DNA of 63,750 nucleotides, filler included, from Octopus bimaculoides (GCF_001194135.2; 7 parts of 7 records of this genome joined end to end with filler, not necessarily neighbours in it), one strand, 5' to 3'. Shown: positions 12,880 to 25,960, counted from the first letter of the whole stretch. Program-made: numbers and translations. Notes: generated from the sequence alone by a model not told the origin.

Positions 12880-13668
12880 ACGCTAACCTAGGGCTAAATG
12901 ACAACGGCTTCAATAAATAACGGGAATAAGAAATAGCAACAAATATACAATACAAAACAAAACAATAGTAATAGCAGTGAAAATAATAAGTGGGAGCAAC
13001 AAAGACAATGGAAAGAAACATTTCAACGCAACATGGTTAGTAATAACCACAACAACAATAACAACAACAAAAATATAACACAATAAAATACCAGCAGCAA
13101 CAACAAAAATAACAGCAGCAGCAGCAGCAACAACAACAACAAATGTGTGCCGTTGTTTATCAATGTAGAAATGTAAAGTTGATGTATTTGACATCTTGTC
13201 CGCATGAATCCTAATTAACATGAAATTGTCTTATCATATTGATATAAATGGCGGCGTGTACTGACAATGGGCGCTCGCATACGGTCATTCACACACACGC
13301 AGACACAGATACGCGAGCACACGCACACGGACACACACATGCAAACACTTACACACTTACGTGTATACATTCGCAAAGTCTCATATACTCTTGCACATAC
13401 GCACACGAACACACACACACACACACACATATATATACATATATTTATTCATATATGTGTGTATGGTTGTATGGCTGTGTGTATGTGTGTATGGTCTGTG
13501 TGTATGGTTGTGTGCGTACTTGTGTGTGCAAGCGTGCGTGCATTTGTATACATCATATGTATGTATAATATATATGTCTAAGTTTTACACATTTGTATGT
13601 GCATACATTTTTCATGTCCATTTGTGTGTGTGTGTCTGTATATGTGCGTATGTATGGGTGCACACACA

Positions 13669-13722
<54 letters not shown>

Positions 13723-14579
13723 NNNNNNNNNNNNNNNNNNNNNNNNNNNNNNNNNNNNNNNNNNNNNNNNNNNNNNNNNNNNNNNNNNNNNNNNNNNNNN
13801 NNNNNNNNNNNNNNNNNNNNNNNNNNNNNNNNNNNNNNNNNNNNNNNNNNNNNNNNNNNNNNNNNNNNNNNNNNNNNNNNNNNNNNNNNNNNNNNNNNNN
13901 NNNNNNNNNNNNNNNNNNNNNNNNNNNNNNNNNNNNNNNNNNNNNNNNNNNNNNNNNNNNNNNNNNNNNNNNNNNNNNNNNNNNNNNNNNNNNNNNNNNN
14001 NNNNNNNNNNNNNNNNNNNNNNNNNNNNNNNNNNNNNNNNNNNNNNNNNNNNNNNNNNNNNNNNNNNNNNNNNNNNNNNNNNNNNNNNNNNNNNNNNNNN
14101 NNNNNNNNNNNNNNNNNNNNNNNNNNNNNNNNNNNNNNNNNNNNNNNNNNNNNNNNNNNNNNNNNNNNNNNNNNNNNNNNNNNNNNNNNNNNNNNNNNNN
14201 NNNNNNNNNNNNNNNNNNNNNNNNNNNNNNNNNNNNNNNNNNNNNNNNNNNNNNNNNNNNNNNNNNNNNNNNNNNNNNNNNNNNNNNNNNNNNNNNNNNN
14301 NNNNNNNNNNNNNNNNNNNNNNNNNNNNNNNNNNNNNNNNNNNNNNNNNNNNNNNNNNNNNNNNNNNNNNNNNNNNNNNNNNNNNNNNNNNNNNNNNNNN
14401 NNNNNNNNNNNNNNNNNNNNNNNNNNNNNNNNNNNNNNNNNNNNNNNNNNNNNNNNNNNNNNNNNNNNNNNNNNNNNNNNNNNNNNNNNNNNNNNNNNNN
14501 NNNNNNNNNNNNNNNNNNNNNNNNNNNNNNNTATATATATATATATATCCTGTCACTTTTCAAGATGAGAAAGGAACCA

Positions 14580-15600
14580 ATAATTCTTTGGTCTCAATGG
14601 ATATATTAATCAAGATAATATTTCCCCTCATTTTTAATAACATAATCTCATCTATTTGGTAAATCAACGATCCGTCGGGCGTAAAATCCCTCACGATTAA
14701 TAATATGGTTTCGTCCTAAATAATATTTCAATATTCTGGAAAGACGACAGTCAGATGAAGCAAGGTCAGGGGAATAAGGAAGATGAGGCCAAACTTCCAT
14801 ATTTAGTGGCAATAATCTTGACTGACTGAGGTCCACATGGGATTTTCCATTATCATACAGTTGACCAATGATCTGTTTCTTTTCTACAAAATGTTATGCA
14901 ATGCTTCCAATCAACCTCAATACTTGAACGTATTAACTATTTCGTCTAGGTTTAACACTTTATGACAGATAACACTTTTCATATCCCACAAAGAGTTGAG
15001 CATAACTTTGGTAGTAGCGAGTGCAATGTTGGTTTGGACATGGGTTCTTACCTTCCATTGGGTGCAGACCATTATCGTTTTTATTGGATATGCATATAGA
15101 GAACTTACTCTTCATCACTAGTAATTAATTCCACTAAGGAAAGATTCGGTAACAACTTTACTCTTTAGTGACGTGCATCGAGCAGTCCTTTTATTAACAT
15201 GAGAAGCAAACAGATAATGGGGTATCCACTAACCACTTTTAGATACTTTTCCGCCTTCAGAATGTGCTTTGTTATCAAACTGTAACATGAATGGAACTGT
15301 TTTCCTATTTCTTGTGCGGTTTGCTTTGGTGGATGTACGGTCTTCAGATGCTCAATAGTGACAGAGGTTATTCATCCTGATCGAGGGGCTCATTCAAAGG
15401 AAACGTTACCTTGCCAAACTGGCCAAGGCTTCATTGACATCTCCAGATACTTAAAGCTTTATTTCCATAGACAGAACAAATATATGTCTTGCTATTTCCA
15501 TTGTTTGAAATTCCCTTTTGAATTCATACAGCATGTTACGTCCAATATCGGCCTCATCCGAAAGCATCTCGAGCAGGTAAAATCGATATACAAATTTAAA
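14580..15600 (-). mobile_element. Degenerate mariner transposase relic
   Basis: N-terminal GRNMLYEFKR...ICSVYGNKALS...APRSG (frameshifted) and C-terminal VWPHLPYSPDLASSD (mariner YSPDL motif). Confidence 0.8.
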
Positions 15601-16889
15601 CATTACGGTACAAAGTAAACAACAGAAAAAGAATGATCATTCGAATGTAACAATTAATGATGATTTTACTGTAAGTATTAAAAAACTTCCCTCAAAGTGA
15701 TCATGTTAAAAATGCAACAGAACTTTCTTCGTAGTCTGATATATATNNNNNNNNNNNNNNNNNNNNNNNNNNNNNNNNNNNNNNNNNNNNNNNNNNNNNN
15801 NNNNNNNNNNNNNNNNNNNNNNNNNNNNNNNNNNNNNNNNNNNNNNNNNNNNNNNNNNNNNNNNNNNNNNNNNNNNNNNNNNNNNNNNNNNNNNNNNNNN
15901 NNNNNNNNNNNNNNNNNNNNNNNNNNNNNNNNNNNNNNNNNNNNNNNNNNNNNNNNNNNNNNNNNNNNNNNNNNNNNNNNNNNNNNNNNNNNNNNNNNNN
16001 NNNNNNNNNNNNNNNNNNNNNNNNNNNNNNNNNNNNNNNNNNNNNNNNNNNNNNNNNNNNNNNNNNNNNNNNNNNNNNNNNNNNNNNNNNNNNNNNNNNN
16101 NNNNNNNNNNNNNNNNNNNNNNNNNNNNNNNNNNNNNNNNNNNNNNNNNNNNNNNNNNNNNNNNNNNNNNNNNNNNNNNNNNNNNNNNNNNNNNNNNNNN
16201 NNNNNNNNNNNNNNNNNNNNNNNNNNNNNNNNNNNNNNNNNNNNNNNTATATATATATGTGTGTGTACAATGAGTACATAATGATACATTATCTAGGCGG
16301 GTACCGTAAGAGTTCTCAGGTATAGTCCAGGTTCGTTTCAGACCATGCTTCTGAAAAGACGTTGAAGGAAGATGCATTGCAGAATGTTGTGGAGTGCATA
16401 TTCAACTACACATTCTCTGTGCAACAGAAACATATGTCACCTATTTTAATTAATTATACTGTATAATTAACAGTTAAATTAAAAGAAAAAATTTTAAATG
16501 CATCAGTTTCCGTCTTCTTTGTAATTATTTTGGATTATGTGTGTGTTGAGAAGTTTAACTCACAATTTGTTAACCAAGGCGAGTTAAAATTCCAAATAAT
16601 GACAGATTTCAATGAGTTACAGCATTATTGCCAAGATGTCTTCCTATCTGCGTTGTAAACGTGGCAACAAGTCAGCGTCGTTTTCACTTCATTCAGAAAA
16701 TAAAACCAGGAAGATATTCAAGTGTTAATGGATTAAGTAAGGTCATTGTCCTGAACTAAAGTAATGAAGTAATAAGATACCTAGGAACAAAACTAAAAGG
16801 AACTCTGTTCTGTCATGAAAAGCACACACTCGCGAACGTGTATGTACATGCAGGCATACATGTGTGCGCGCACACACACGCGCGTCCAC

Positions 16890-17376
<487 letters not shown>

Positions 17377-17859
17377 ACAAATGTGTGTGTCGTCTATGTT
17401 TGTATAATTGCATGAACGTTTGGCTATCTATACGCATGCACAATACGCGTATACACTCGCCGGCCATACTCATATGTTGCAACAGAAGAAGCGATGAAAG
17501 CCCAAAGGCAACCTATCTCATTTATCCCTTCTTAAATAACCTCTGTCCTACGTTTCTTCTATTAATTCTGTGATAGCAATCCTCTTTGACATTACATGGT
17601 GATGGATGCATTTTGGTTGTCTCCAAGTCTATGTAGACACTGCACCAGCTGTGTATTTAAATTAAACACTCTTCATATAATATTACATTAGAAGCGAGGA
17701 AGAGTAGTCGAGGCTGGTTGATAAACCGACAAGCAAATTGCTCTGTTGTCGGTTCTAAACCTGGAGTAATTGTGAAAAAATGGATTAAGTCCCGTCTTGT
17801 GCTTTTGGAACCCTAGAGTCAGTTCTTCATTTGCATGGTGGATAAAAGACCGAGAGCAA

Positions 17860-18050
17860 AACAACATCCATGAGCAAAAGGCCAAGACCTCGCGGGGTTG
17901 GTCATTTGCAGTTGAGTGGACAAGAGTGATGTGAAAGAAATTCTTTTGCGCAAGAACACAATGCACCGCCCTCTCCCGGAGTCGAACGCATGATCTTGCA
18001 AACGTGAGTACAACCTCCTAACCACTCCGACACGTTGTTCCCTTCCGGCT
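17860..18050 (-). mobile_element. Diverged tRNA-derived SINE
   Basis: Minus strand ...GGAGTGGTTAGGAGG...GTTCGACTCCGGGAG head. Confidence 0.5.
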
Positions 18051-18144
18051 AACATTTTTCTCCGAGATCGAGTTAAAAAGATGGTTTCTGACATCATTGA
18101 TTCCGTATTAGCAACTACGTTTCTGTCCCTCTCACAAAATCAGA

Positions 18145-18385
18145 GTGAAAATGCGTGGCGTAGTGGTTAGGGAGTTGCAACCACGATCGCAAGATCGTAA
18201 TTTCGATTCGCGACGGTGCGTTATGTCCTTCAGTAAAGAAACACCTATATTTTGTGTTACTCCTGTCCACTCACCTGTAAATGTGCAACCCTTCCATGGA
18301 CTGGCGTCCTATCCAGGAGACATAAATTGTGATATCAGTCGCTAATACGCCAGAGAAAACCGGGCAACGGTTCGTATGAGTCTGA
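18145..18385 (+). mobile_element. Diverged tRNA-derived SINE (family D type)
   Basis: GTGAAAATGCGTGGCGTAGTGGTTAGGG...TTTCGATTCGCG head; body similar to 4995-5215. Confidence 0.6.
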
Positions 18386-18870
18386 TTCCTCGAGGCTACT
18401 TTTCTTTAATCATACTCAGGACATTATTTATTTTACTTTGTCTTTTATACATTTCCATGGTCAATGCTCTACCGAAATTCCTTCACACTCACCTACCTCA
18501 TCTTTACGTTACTAATGGAGTAACACATCTTTCTATTAATTCTCACTGTTTCGCAGTTGATGTCTCACTACTCACATTCTGTAAGAAATATTTCTTCTCG
18601 CGGAAGCTCAATCTACAAAATTTTCTCTAATGGAAGTTGTTTATATTTTTTTTTTGACTTTAGATAAATTGAATATTTATTATTTCAATTCTTCCAGTGA
18701 TCGTTTTATGATACTAAGAGGAGATTGTTATTAGATTATGTTTTCTCTTTCGTCTTCTTTTGTAACTTCCAGCTTTCTTTGTGGTTATTCGTGGCCTATT
18801 TCATTAGCCGGCTGCTTGCCGCCATTTTGCGAGTAACTTTCAGGTTGATGAGATTTATGAAGACAAAATA

Positions 18871-18912
<42 letters not shown>

Positions 18913-20476
18913 NNNNNNNNNNNNNNNNNNNNNNNNNNNNNNNNNNNNNNNNNNNNNNNNNNNNNNNNNNNNNNNNNNNNNNNNNNNNNNNNNNNNNNNN
19001 NNNNNNNNNNNNNNNNNNNNNNNNNNNNNNNNNNNNNNNNNNNNNNNNNNNNNNNNNNNNNNNNNNNNNNNNNNNNNNNNNNNNNNNNNNNNNNNNNNNN
19101 NNNNNNNNNNNNNNNNNNNNNNNNNNNNNNNNNNNNNNNNNNNNNNNNNNNNNNNNNNNNNNNNNNNNNNNNNNNNNNNNNNNNNNNNNNNNNNNNNNNN
19201 NNNNNNNNNNNNNNNNNNNNNNNNNNNNNNNNNNNNNNNNNNNNNNNNNNNNNNNNNNNNNNNNNNNNNNNNNNNNNNNNNNNNNNNNNNNNNNNNNNNN
19301 NNNNNNNNNNNNNNNNNNNNNNNNNNNNNNNNNNNNNNNNNNNNNNNNNNNNNNNNNNNNNNNNNNNNNNNNNNNNNNNNNNNNNNNNNNNNNNNNNNNN
19401 NNNNNNNNNNNNNNNNNNNNNNNNNNNNNNNNNNNNNNNNNNNNNNNNNNNNNNNNNNNNNNNNNNNNNNNNNNNNNNNNNNNNNNNNNNNNNNNNNNNN
19501 NNNNNNNNNNNNNNNNNNNNNNNNNNNNNNNNNNNNNNNNNNNNNNNNNNNNNNNNNNNNNNNNNNNNNNNNNNNNNNNNNNNNNNNNNNNNNNNNNNNN
19601 NNNNNAACACTATATTCCCTACCAGTACAAGCTGAAGACTATTTTCTCAAGAAAAGCTTGAAATACTTCAGTTTATTATTTTTTTTTTTTTTTTTCATTT
19701 ATGTTTTTGAAAATTGCGTTGTAAGGAAAAAATTTTATCAAGGTTGCAGACATTCATCGATTTATCAAAGTAGAGACGACGCTTTACCGTTTTGCAGGAA
19801 TTGCGAAGAATATTAGCAACAGTCAAAACCGCTTTGGGATTACAGCTCAGCGTCTGAAAGAAAGTAATATATTGGATAATGTGTTCCTAGAAACATGACA
19901 CCCGAAGACTTGATGCTGTGTAATCGGAACTTAAACGTCTAGGATCATGGATTTGCCGTTTCAGGAACTGACTTGATGCTAAATAACGACAAGGTCTAGC
20001 CCACGATCCAAGGAAGACGCCTCTTGGCGCGGTCGATTTTCTAGAAATAGAAACCAAATCTTCCTTAACCCTTTGTTTGTCCCAAAAAATTTTCATAGTT
20101 TAGCATAAAAGAGTGAAAAAGAAAGCAATAGAAAATATGAGAGGAAGACAAATCAAAGAAAGACGAACAGCGACTAAGAAGAGAGAGGGAGACAGACAGA
20201 CAGACAAAAAGGGAAAGATATGGAGAGAAAGGTAATGCGACAGAAGTAGGAACAGAAACTAAGAGATAGATAGATAGACAGATAGATAGATAGATAGATA
20301 GATACATGGAGAGAGACAGAGGGAAAGCGAAAAAAATGAAAGAGAGAGAGGGGGAGAGACAGAGAGACGGGGAGATAGAGAAAGCGACGGAAAATGAGAA
20401 GGGTACAGAGACAGAGATAGAAAGAAAGATTAAGAGAGTGAAGGAGAGAGACGCACGGAGCGAGACATGGAAAGAG

Positions 20477-20509
<33 letters not shown>

Positions 20510-20609
20510 NNNNNNNNNNNNNNNNNNNNNNNNNNNNNNNNNNNNNNNNNNNNTTAATTAATTAANNNNNNNNNNNNNNNNNNNNNNNNNNNNNNNNNNN
20601 NNNNNNNNN
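20510..20609. other. Padded 100-bp assembly join (N44-TTAATTAATTAA-N44); the same marker is at 6300, 43008, 49900, 58890 and 60866
   Basis: An identical 12-mer with stops in all six frames sits centred in N runs. Confidence 0.9.
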
Positions 20610-20722
20610 ATCAGACTGGAGCCTGGTGTTGCCATCCGGTTTCACCAGTCCTCAGTCAAATCGTCCAACCCATGCTAGCATGGAAAGCGGACGTTAAACG
20701 ATGATGATGATGATGATGATGA
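20610..20722 (+). mobile_element. Repeat family C 3' end
   Basis: tcagactggagcctggtg...ggaaagcggacgttaaacgatgatgatg. Confidence 0.85.
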
Positions 20723-20883
20723 CGTACTTCTTTCAGTTTCTGTCTACCAAATCCACTCACAAGGCTTTGGTCAGCCCGAGGCTATAGTAGAAGACACTTG
20801 CCCAAGATGCCACGCAGTGGGACTGAACCTGGGACCGTGTGGTTGGTAAGCAAGCTACTTACCACACAGCCACTCCTACGCCT
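20723..20883 (-). mobile_element. SINE family B head
   Basis: ttctttcagtttctgtctaccaaatccactcacaagg...accacacagccactcctacgcc. Confidence 0.82.
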
Positions 20884-21036
20884 ATAGTATAGTAAAAAAA
20901 ACAAACATACACTTTATATTATCCCACACTAAACGGCTTATTTGTCTCTCACTAAAGAAGATGTCGTAATCGCAAAGACATAAGATCCCTATAAATTATC
21001 AAAACCAAAAAACTACAGAGTTGAGAAACAACTTAC

Positions 21037-21183
21037 GGTTTTCCTTCATGCATTCCTCCAATGGCAAATGTATTCCACAATGGGTCATATTTTGATCTGC
21101 GGTTGTACATGACTCTGGTCAACCATGAAAACAAACTTCGGGGATTGTAATTGAAGCCATCATCATAACAATTCTCATCATTT
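21037..21183 (-). CDS. PSMB4: Proteasome subunit beta type-4, coding exon 3
   Basis: TTTTCTTCAG acceptor and GTAAGT donor, 147 nt, phase 2-2. Encodes NDENCYDDGFNYNPRSLFSWLTRVMYNRRSKYDPLWNTFAIGGMHEGK(P), matching the beta7 motif SWLTRxMYxRRSKxxPLWNTxxIGG. Confidence 0.96.
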
Positions 21184-21224
21184 CTGAAGAAAACAGTGTT
21201 AATAATAATAATAATAATAATGGT

Positions 21225-22010
21225 TTCAAATTTTGTCATAAGGGCAGCAATTTTTGGGAAGGGATGAGTCGACTACATCGACCCCAGTACTCAACTGGTA
21301 CTTATTTTAGTGACCCCCAAAAGGATGAATGGTAAAGATGACCTCAGTAGAATTTGAACTCAGAACGCAGTGATGAGCAAAATGCTGCAAAGTGTTTTGC
21401 CCAGCATGCTAACGATTCTACCAGCTTGCCACCTTAATAATAATAATAATAATAATAATAATGATAATTATTATTATTATTTCCACTCTAGGCACAAGGC
21501 TTGAAAATTTTTTGGGGAAAAAGGCTAGTCCATTACATTGACCCTGAAAGAATGATAGGCAAAGTTGACCGTGGCAGAATTTGAACTCAGAACATAGCAG
21601 CAGACAAAATACTGTTAAGCATTTCACCCGGCATGCTAATGATTCTGCCAGCTAATAATAATAATAATTCTTTCTATTAAAGGCACAAGGCTAGAAATTT
21701 TTTTTGGGGGGGAGGTAGGGGTAAGTCAATTACATTGACCACAATACTCAAATGGTACTTATTTTATCGACCTCGGCGGAATTTGAACTCAGAACGTAAA
21801 GGACAAAATGCTGCTAAGCATGTCACCCTATATGCTAATGATTCTACCAGCTTGCCACTATAATAATAATAATAATAATAATAATGGTTTCAAATTTTGA
21901 CACAAAGCCAGCAAGTTTCGGTGAGAGAGTAAGTCGACCTCAGTGGAATTTGAACTCAGAACTTAAAGCTGGACAAAATGTCACTAAGATTCTACAGCTT
22001 GCTGGCCTTT
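21225..22010 (-). mobile_element. Run of four partial family A SINE copies separated by (AAT)n, PSMB4 intron 2
   Basis: gaatttgaactcagaac recurs at about 21350, 21577, 21779 and 21947. The first three copies end ...ctgccagc/ctaccagc followed by (AAT)n. Confidence 0.75.
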
Positions 22011-22015
22011 CCAAT

Positions 22016-22200
22016 CATCATCATCATCATTTAACGTCCATTGTCCATGCTGGCATGGGTTAGACGGTTTAACTGGGCTGGCTCGCTGGAAGGCTGCACC
22101 AGACTCGTCTGATTTGGCATGGTTTTCTACAGCTGGGTGCCCTTCCTAACGCCAACCACTCTGAGAGTGTAATGGGTACTTTTACATACCACTGGCATGG
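22016..22200 (-). mobile_element. Repeat family C, PSMB4 intron 2
   Basis: tcatcatcatcatttaacgtccattgtccatgctggcatgggttag...ccttcctaacgccaaccactctgagagtgt. Confidence 0.8.
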
Positions 22201-22225
22201 GTGCCATTTGCATGACACCAGGTAA

Positions 22226-22680
22226 TCTCTTTTACTCTTTTACTTGTTTCAGTCATTTGACTGTGGCCATGCTGGAGCACCGCCTTTTGTCGAGCAAATC
22301 GACCCCAGGACTTATTCTTTGGAAGCCTAGTACTTATTCTATCGGTCTCTTTTGCCAAACCGCTAAGTTACGGGGACATAAACACACCAGTTGTTAAGCG
22401 ATGTTGAGGGGACAAACACAGACACACACACATACATATATATATACACATATATTTACGACGGGCTTCTTTCAGTTTCCGTCTACGAAATCCACTCACA
22501 AGGCTTTGGTCAGCCCGAGGCTATAGTAGAAGACATTTGCCCAAGGTGCAACACAGTNNNNNNNNNNTCAGCCCGAGGCTATAGTAGAAGACATTTGCCC
22601 AAGGTGCAACACAGTGGGACTGAACCCGGAACCATGTGGTTGGTAAGCCAACTACTTACCACACAGCCACTTCTACGCCT
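22226..22680 (-). mobile_element. SINE family B in PSMB4 intron 2
   Basis: Full family B match. The 22510-22620 duplication around a 10-N gap is an assembly overlap. Confidence 0.85.
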
Positions 22681-22910
22681 AATAATAACAATAATAATAA
22701 TAATCTTTTCTACAATAGGCATAAGGCCTGAACCTTTATGGGGAGGAGGCTTGTTGATTACACTGACGCCAGGGCTCAATTGCTACTTACTTCATCAACT
22801 CTGAAGGGATGAAAGGCAAAAATCAACTTAGGTAGAATTCAGACTGTGCAGGATGCTAATATAGTAATCAGGATAATAATAGTAAACTTAAGCATTAGCA
22901 GAGGAAGATA

Positions 22911-23125
22911 TTGGGTTGGTGCATAATTATTGTGGCTTTTTTTCAACAAAAACATCTTTAAATGATGGTCTGACTGTCTGCCAAGCAAATGGGAAGAAGT
23001 AATTGAAGTAGATGGTGAATAGGCTCTGGAATAACCATTTAAAGATGTTTTTGTTATATGTTGCTATTGTTTTTGCTGAATAAAATTTGTGGAAAAAAAG
23101 CCGCAATAATTATGCACCAACCCAA
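22911..23125. mobile_element. Mariner-derived MITE (215 bp) in PSMB4 intron 2
   Basis: TA-flanked TIRs TTGGGTTGGTGCATAATTATTG(T/C)GGCTTTTTT, similar to Hsmar1/MADE1-type TIRs. The interior encodes LPSKWEEVIEVDGE, a mariner C-terminal remnant. Confidence 0.88.
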
Positions 23126-23284
23126 TAATTCCTTTATAATGCTAATACCACAAGAATCACAATCTACCATCAAAATACCTGACGAAAACCAATCGATCAT
23201 TTGAAGACTGAAATATAAATTACACTTTTTTGTTTGGTGTCTTTGACCTTTTATATCTATACTTTGAAATGTCTTCTAATCTTT

Positions 23285-23650
23285 TACATGTTTAAGTGAT
23301 TAGACTATACCCATACTGGGGCACTGCCTTGAAGAATTTTTAGTCAAATGAATTGACCCCTGTACTTATATTTATTTTAAAGCCTGGTCCTTATTCTGTT
23401 AGTTGCTTTTGCCAAACTGCTAAGTTATGGGGACATAAACACACCGACACTAATCTCAAAGGCATACACACACACACACACTCATATATGGACTTTTTTC
23501 AGTTTTTGTTTATCAAATCCATTCACAAGGCTTTAGTTAGCCTGAGGCAATAGTAGAAGACATTTGCCCAAGGTGTCACATACTGGGACTGAATACTGAA
23601 CCATGTGGTTGGGAAGCAAATTTCTTACCACAAAGCAAAGCCTGTGCCTA
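23285..23650 (-). mobile_element. SINE family B (diverged) in PSMB4 intron 2
   Basis: Match to family B head and tail. Confidence 0.75.
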
Positions 23651-23747
23651 TATTGGATTTATGGAAGTTAAGAAGTAAATTTGTACACAAAATCCATATA
23701 AATATAAAGGGAATTTCTTTTCTTTTGTTGACAAGCAAGTTACTTAC

Positions 23748-23954
23748 ACACGTTGTTCTATTATAGTTTTCAGATATTGAAAATCAGCCACATCTCCACC
23801 AGCAGCAAGCACTGTAGATTCATTGACTTTCATAACCCGAGAACAGTTCTTGAAGCGAGCCGAGCTACCATAGGAGCCAAGAGTATCAGCGGCAAGTAAG
23901 ATACCATCTTTAACAGCAACACCCAGAACAGACGTTCCAGTGACAATTGGAGAC
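23748..23954 (-). CDS. PSMB4: Proteasome subunit beta type-4, coding exon 2
   Basis: TTTCAG acceptor and GTAAGT donor, 207 nt. Encodes (L)[68 protein letters not shown](V), matching the beta7 signature VTGTSVLG...AADxLGSYGS.ARF...GDxADFQYL. Confidence 0.96.
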
Positions 23955-24572
23955 CTGAAAATAAAATAGTTTAACATCAAAGAAATTCATTAGTACAATA
24001 ATGTACAGTACAACTGTAAACATGTCTAAAGGCATAAGAATTGAGACTGGCAGATGTTTTGAATTTGCTACATTAATAAATCTTGTTTTGCTTATGAAAC
24101 ATAAAAGCAACCAGTTTGCATTCAAAGAGTTTCACACTTTATCAATTCAGGCATGCCCCAGGGTCTGGTTTTATCACTCTACTTCCTTCATCATTATTTA
24201 ACATCCATTTTTCATGCTAACATGGGATGGATGGTTTGACAGGGGTTGGCTAGGCAGAAGACTGCATCGGACTTCACTGCCTACTTTAGCATTGTTTTTA
24301 CAGCTGGATGTCCTTCCTAACATCAGCCACCTCACACAGTGGACTGAATGCTTTTTATGCAGCACCAGCATCAGCAAAGGCCTGTTTTGGCATGGGTTTT
24401 ACAGCTGGATGCTGTAAAACCCATGCACGTAAAAGACCAATCACTTTACAGTGTGGACTAGATGAACCAGCACTGGGAGGGTCACCGAGTAACTTGCAAA
24501 ACAAAGACCCTTTGAGACGGAGGGAGGCGACATTGGAGGAGGTGACCTTGTGCATTGGTGATGAGAGGTTAG

Positions 24573-24788
24573 AATCATCATCATCATTTAACGTCCGCTC
24601 TCCATGCTAGCATGGGTTGGACGATTTGACTGGGGACTGGTGAACCAGATGGCTACACCAGGCTCCAATCTGATCTGGCAGAGTTTCTACAGCTGGATGC
24701 CCTTCCTAACACCAACCACTCCAAGAGTGTAGTGGGTGCTTTTTACGTGCCACCGGCACGAGGGCCAGTCCAGCGGTACTGGCAACGT
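24573..24788 (-). mobile_element. Repeat family C, PSMB4 intron 1
   Basis: Reverse complement of 25740-25960. Confidence 0.85.
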
Positions 24789-24809
24789 AACATATAAATA
24801 CCTACTTAT

Positions 24810-25260
24810 AAATAACCTCCTTGCCATCATATCCAACAATACGCATTCTTACGTAGATGATACAGCTCTTCACACCATCCTAACCGTTCTTAACCACACA
24901 TCCTCATGCAATCCAGGTGCTGCATGTCAAATTAGTACTGATTTCGAGAAGAGGACTTGAAAGTATCTTCCAGAAGACCGTACCAATCTTGTCTCTTCCA
25001 GCAGCAAAAATTCACAAGCACCCCACTTCTTAAGCATGAGCAGCCCTTAACTAGAGCCCTCATAACCAACCCAAATGTTAGGCTTCACTATCACCAAGAG
25101 CCTCCCCAGGTGAAAACACATCCTTAACATAGCTAGGACTACATCTCAAAAATTGGTCCTTCTCTCCAGAGTCAGACAGAAAATACTTCAGCTCCCGACA
25201 ATTGCTGACACTGCAAAAGACAGGAAACATTTTGGCACAGCTTATTTGGCATTGCTGATT
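24810..25260 (+). mobile_element. Degenerate non-LTR RT fragment (CR1/L2/Jockey-like) in PSMB4 intron 1
   Basis: SYVDDTALH at 24847-24873 (YADD-type motif), followed downstream by LGFTITKSLP...HILNIARTTSQKLVLLSRVRQ-like sequence. Confidence 0.6.
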
Positions 25261-25571
25261 TACCACTGACTTATTTGACATCTCTTGTTTGTGCCCTCTC
25301 TTTCTCTGTTTATGTGTGAGCACATTTTTCTTTATGTGTCTGAAGAGAGGGAAAATGTTCTCCTGTTTATGTTCAATTAATAAATTGCAATGTCTCTCTT
25401 TCTCTCTCTCTCTGTTTATGTGTGTGAGCATTTAATTACATTTGTTTGTGTAACACCACTCTGTCTGTATTCTTTTATTTGTTTCAGCCATACTGGAGCA
25501 CCACCTTGACGTATTTAAGCAGTTAATTTACGAGCTGATGAAATCCAGCGTTAACAGCACCGTCCGAGCCT

Positions 25572-25960
25572 GATCATTGCCAGAACAGCTGTCTGGCTTC
25601 TGTGCCGGTGGCACGTAAATAACACCATTTGAGTGTGATCGTTGCCTTGCTAGCACGTGAAAAAACATTCGAGCGAGGGTGTTGCCAGTGCTGCTGGACT
25701 GGCTTCCATACCAGTGGCACGTAAAAAGCACCATTTGAGTGTGGTCGTTGCCAGTACCGCCTGACTGGCCTTCGTGCCGGTGGCACGTAAAAGCACCCAC
25801 TACACTCTTGGAGTGGTTGGCATTAAGAAGGGCATCCAGCTGTAGAAACTCTGCCAGATCAGATTGGAGCCTGGTGCAGCCATCTGGTTCGCTAGTCCTC
25901 TGTCAAATTGTCCAACCCATTCTAGCATGGAAAGCAGATGTTAAATGATGATGATGATGA
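25572..25960 (+). mobile_element. Repeat family C with (TGA)n tail and ~60-65-bp internal tandem units, PSMB4 intron 1
   Basis: Three gccag..gactggc..gtgccggtggcacgtaaa.agcaccatttgag units, then ...gcatccagctgtagaaactctgcc...ctagcatggaaagcagatgttaaatgatgatgatga. Confidence 0.85.

Noticed and set aside
19725-20045. 57-codon open frame and neighbouring short frames
   Set aside because: No homology to the missing PSMB4 exons or any known family; multiple stops.
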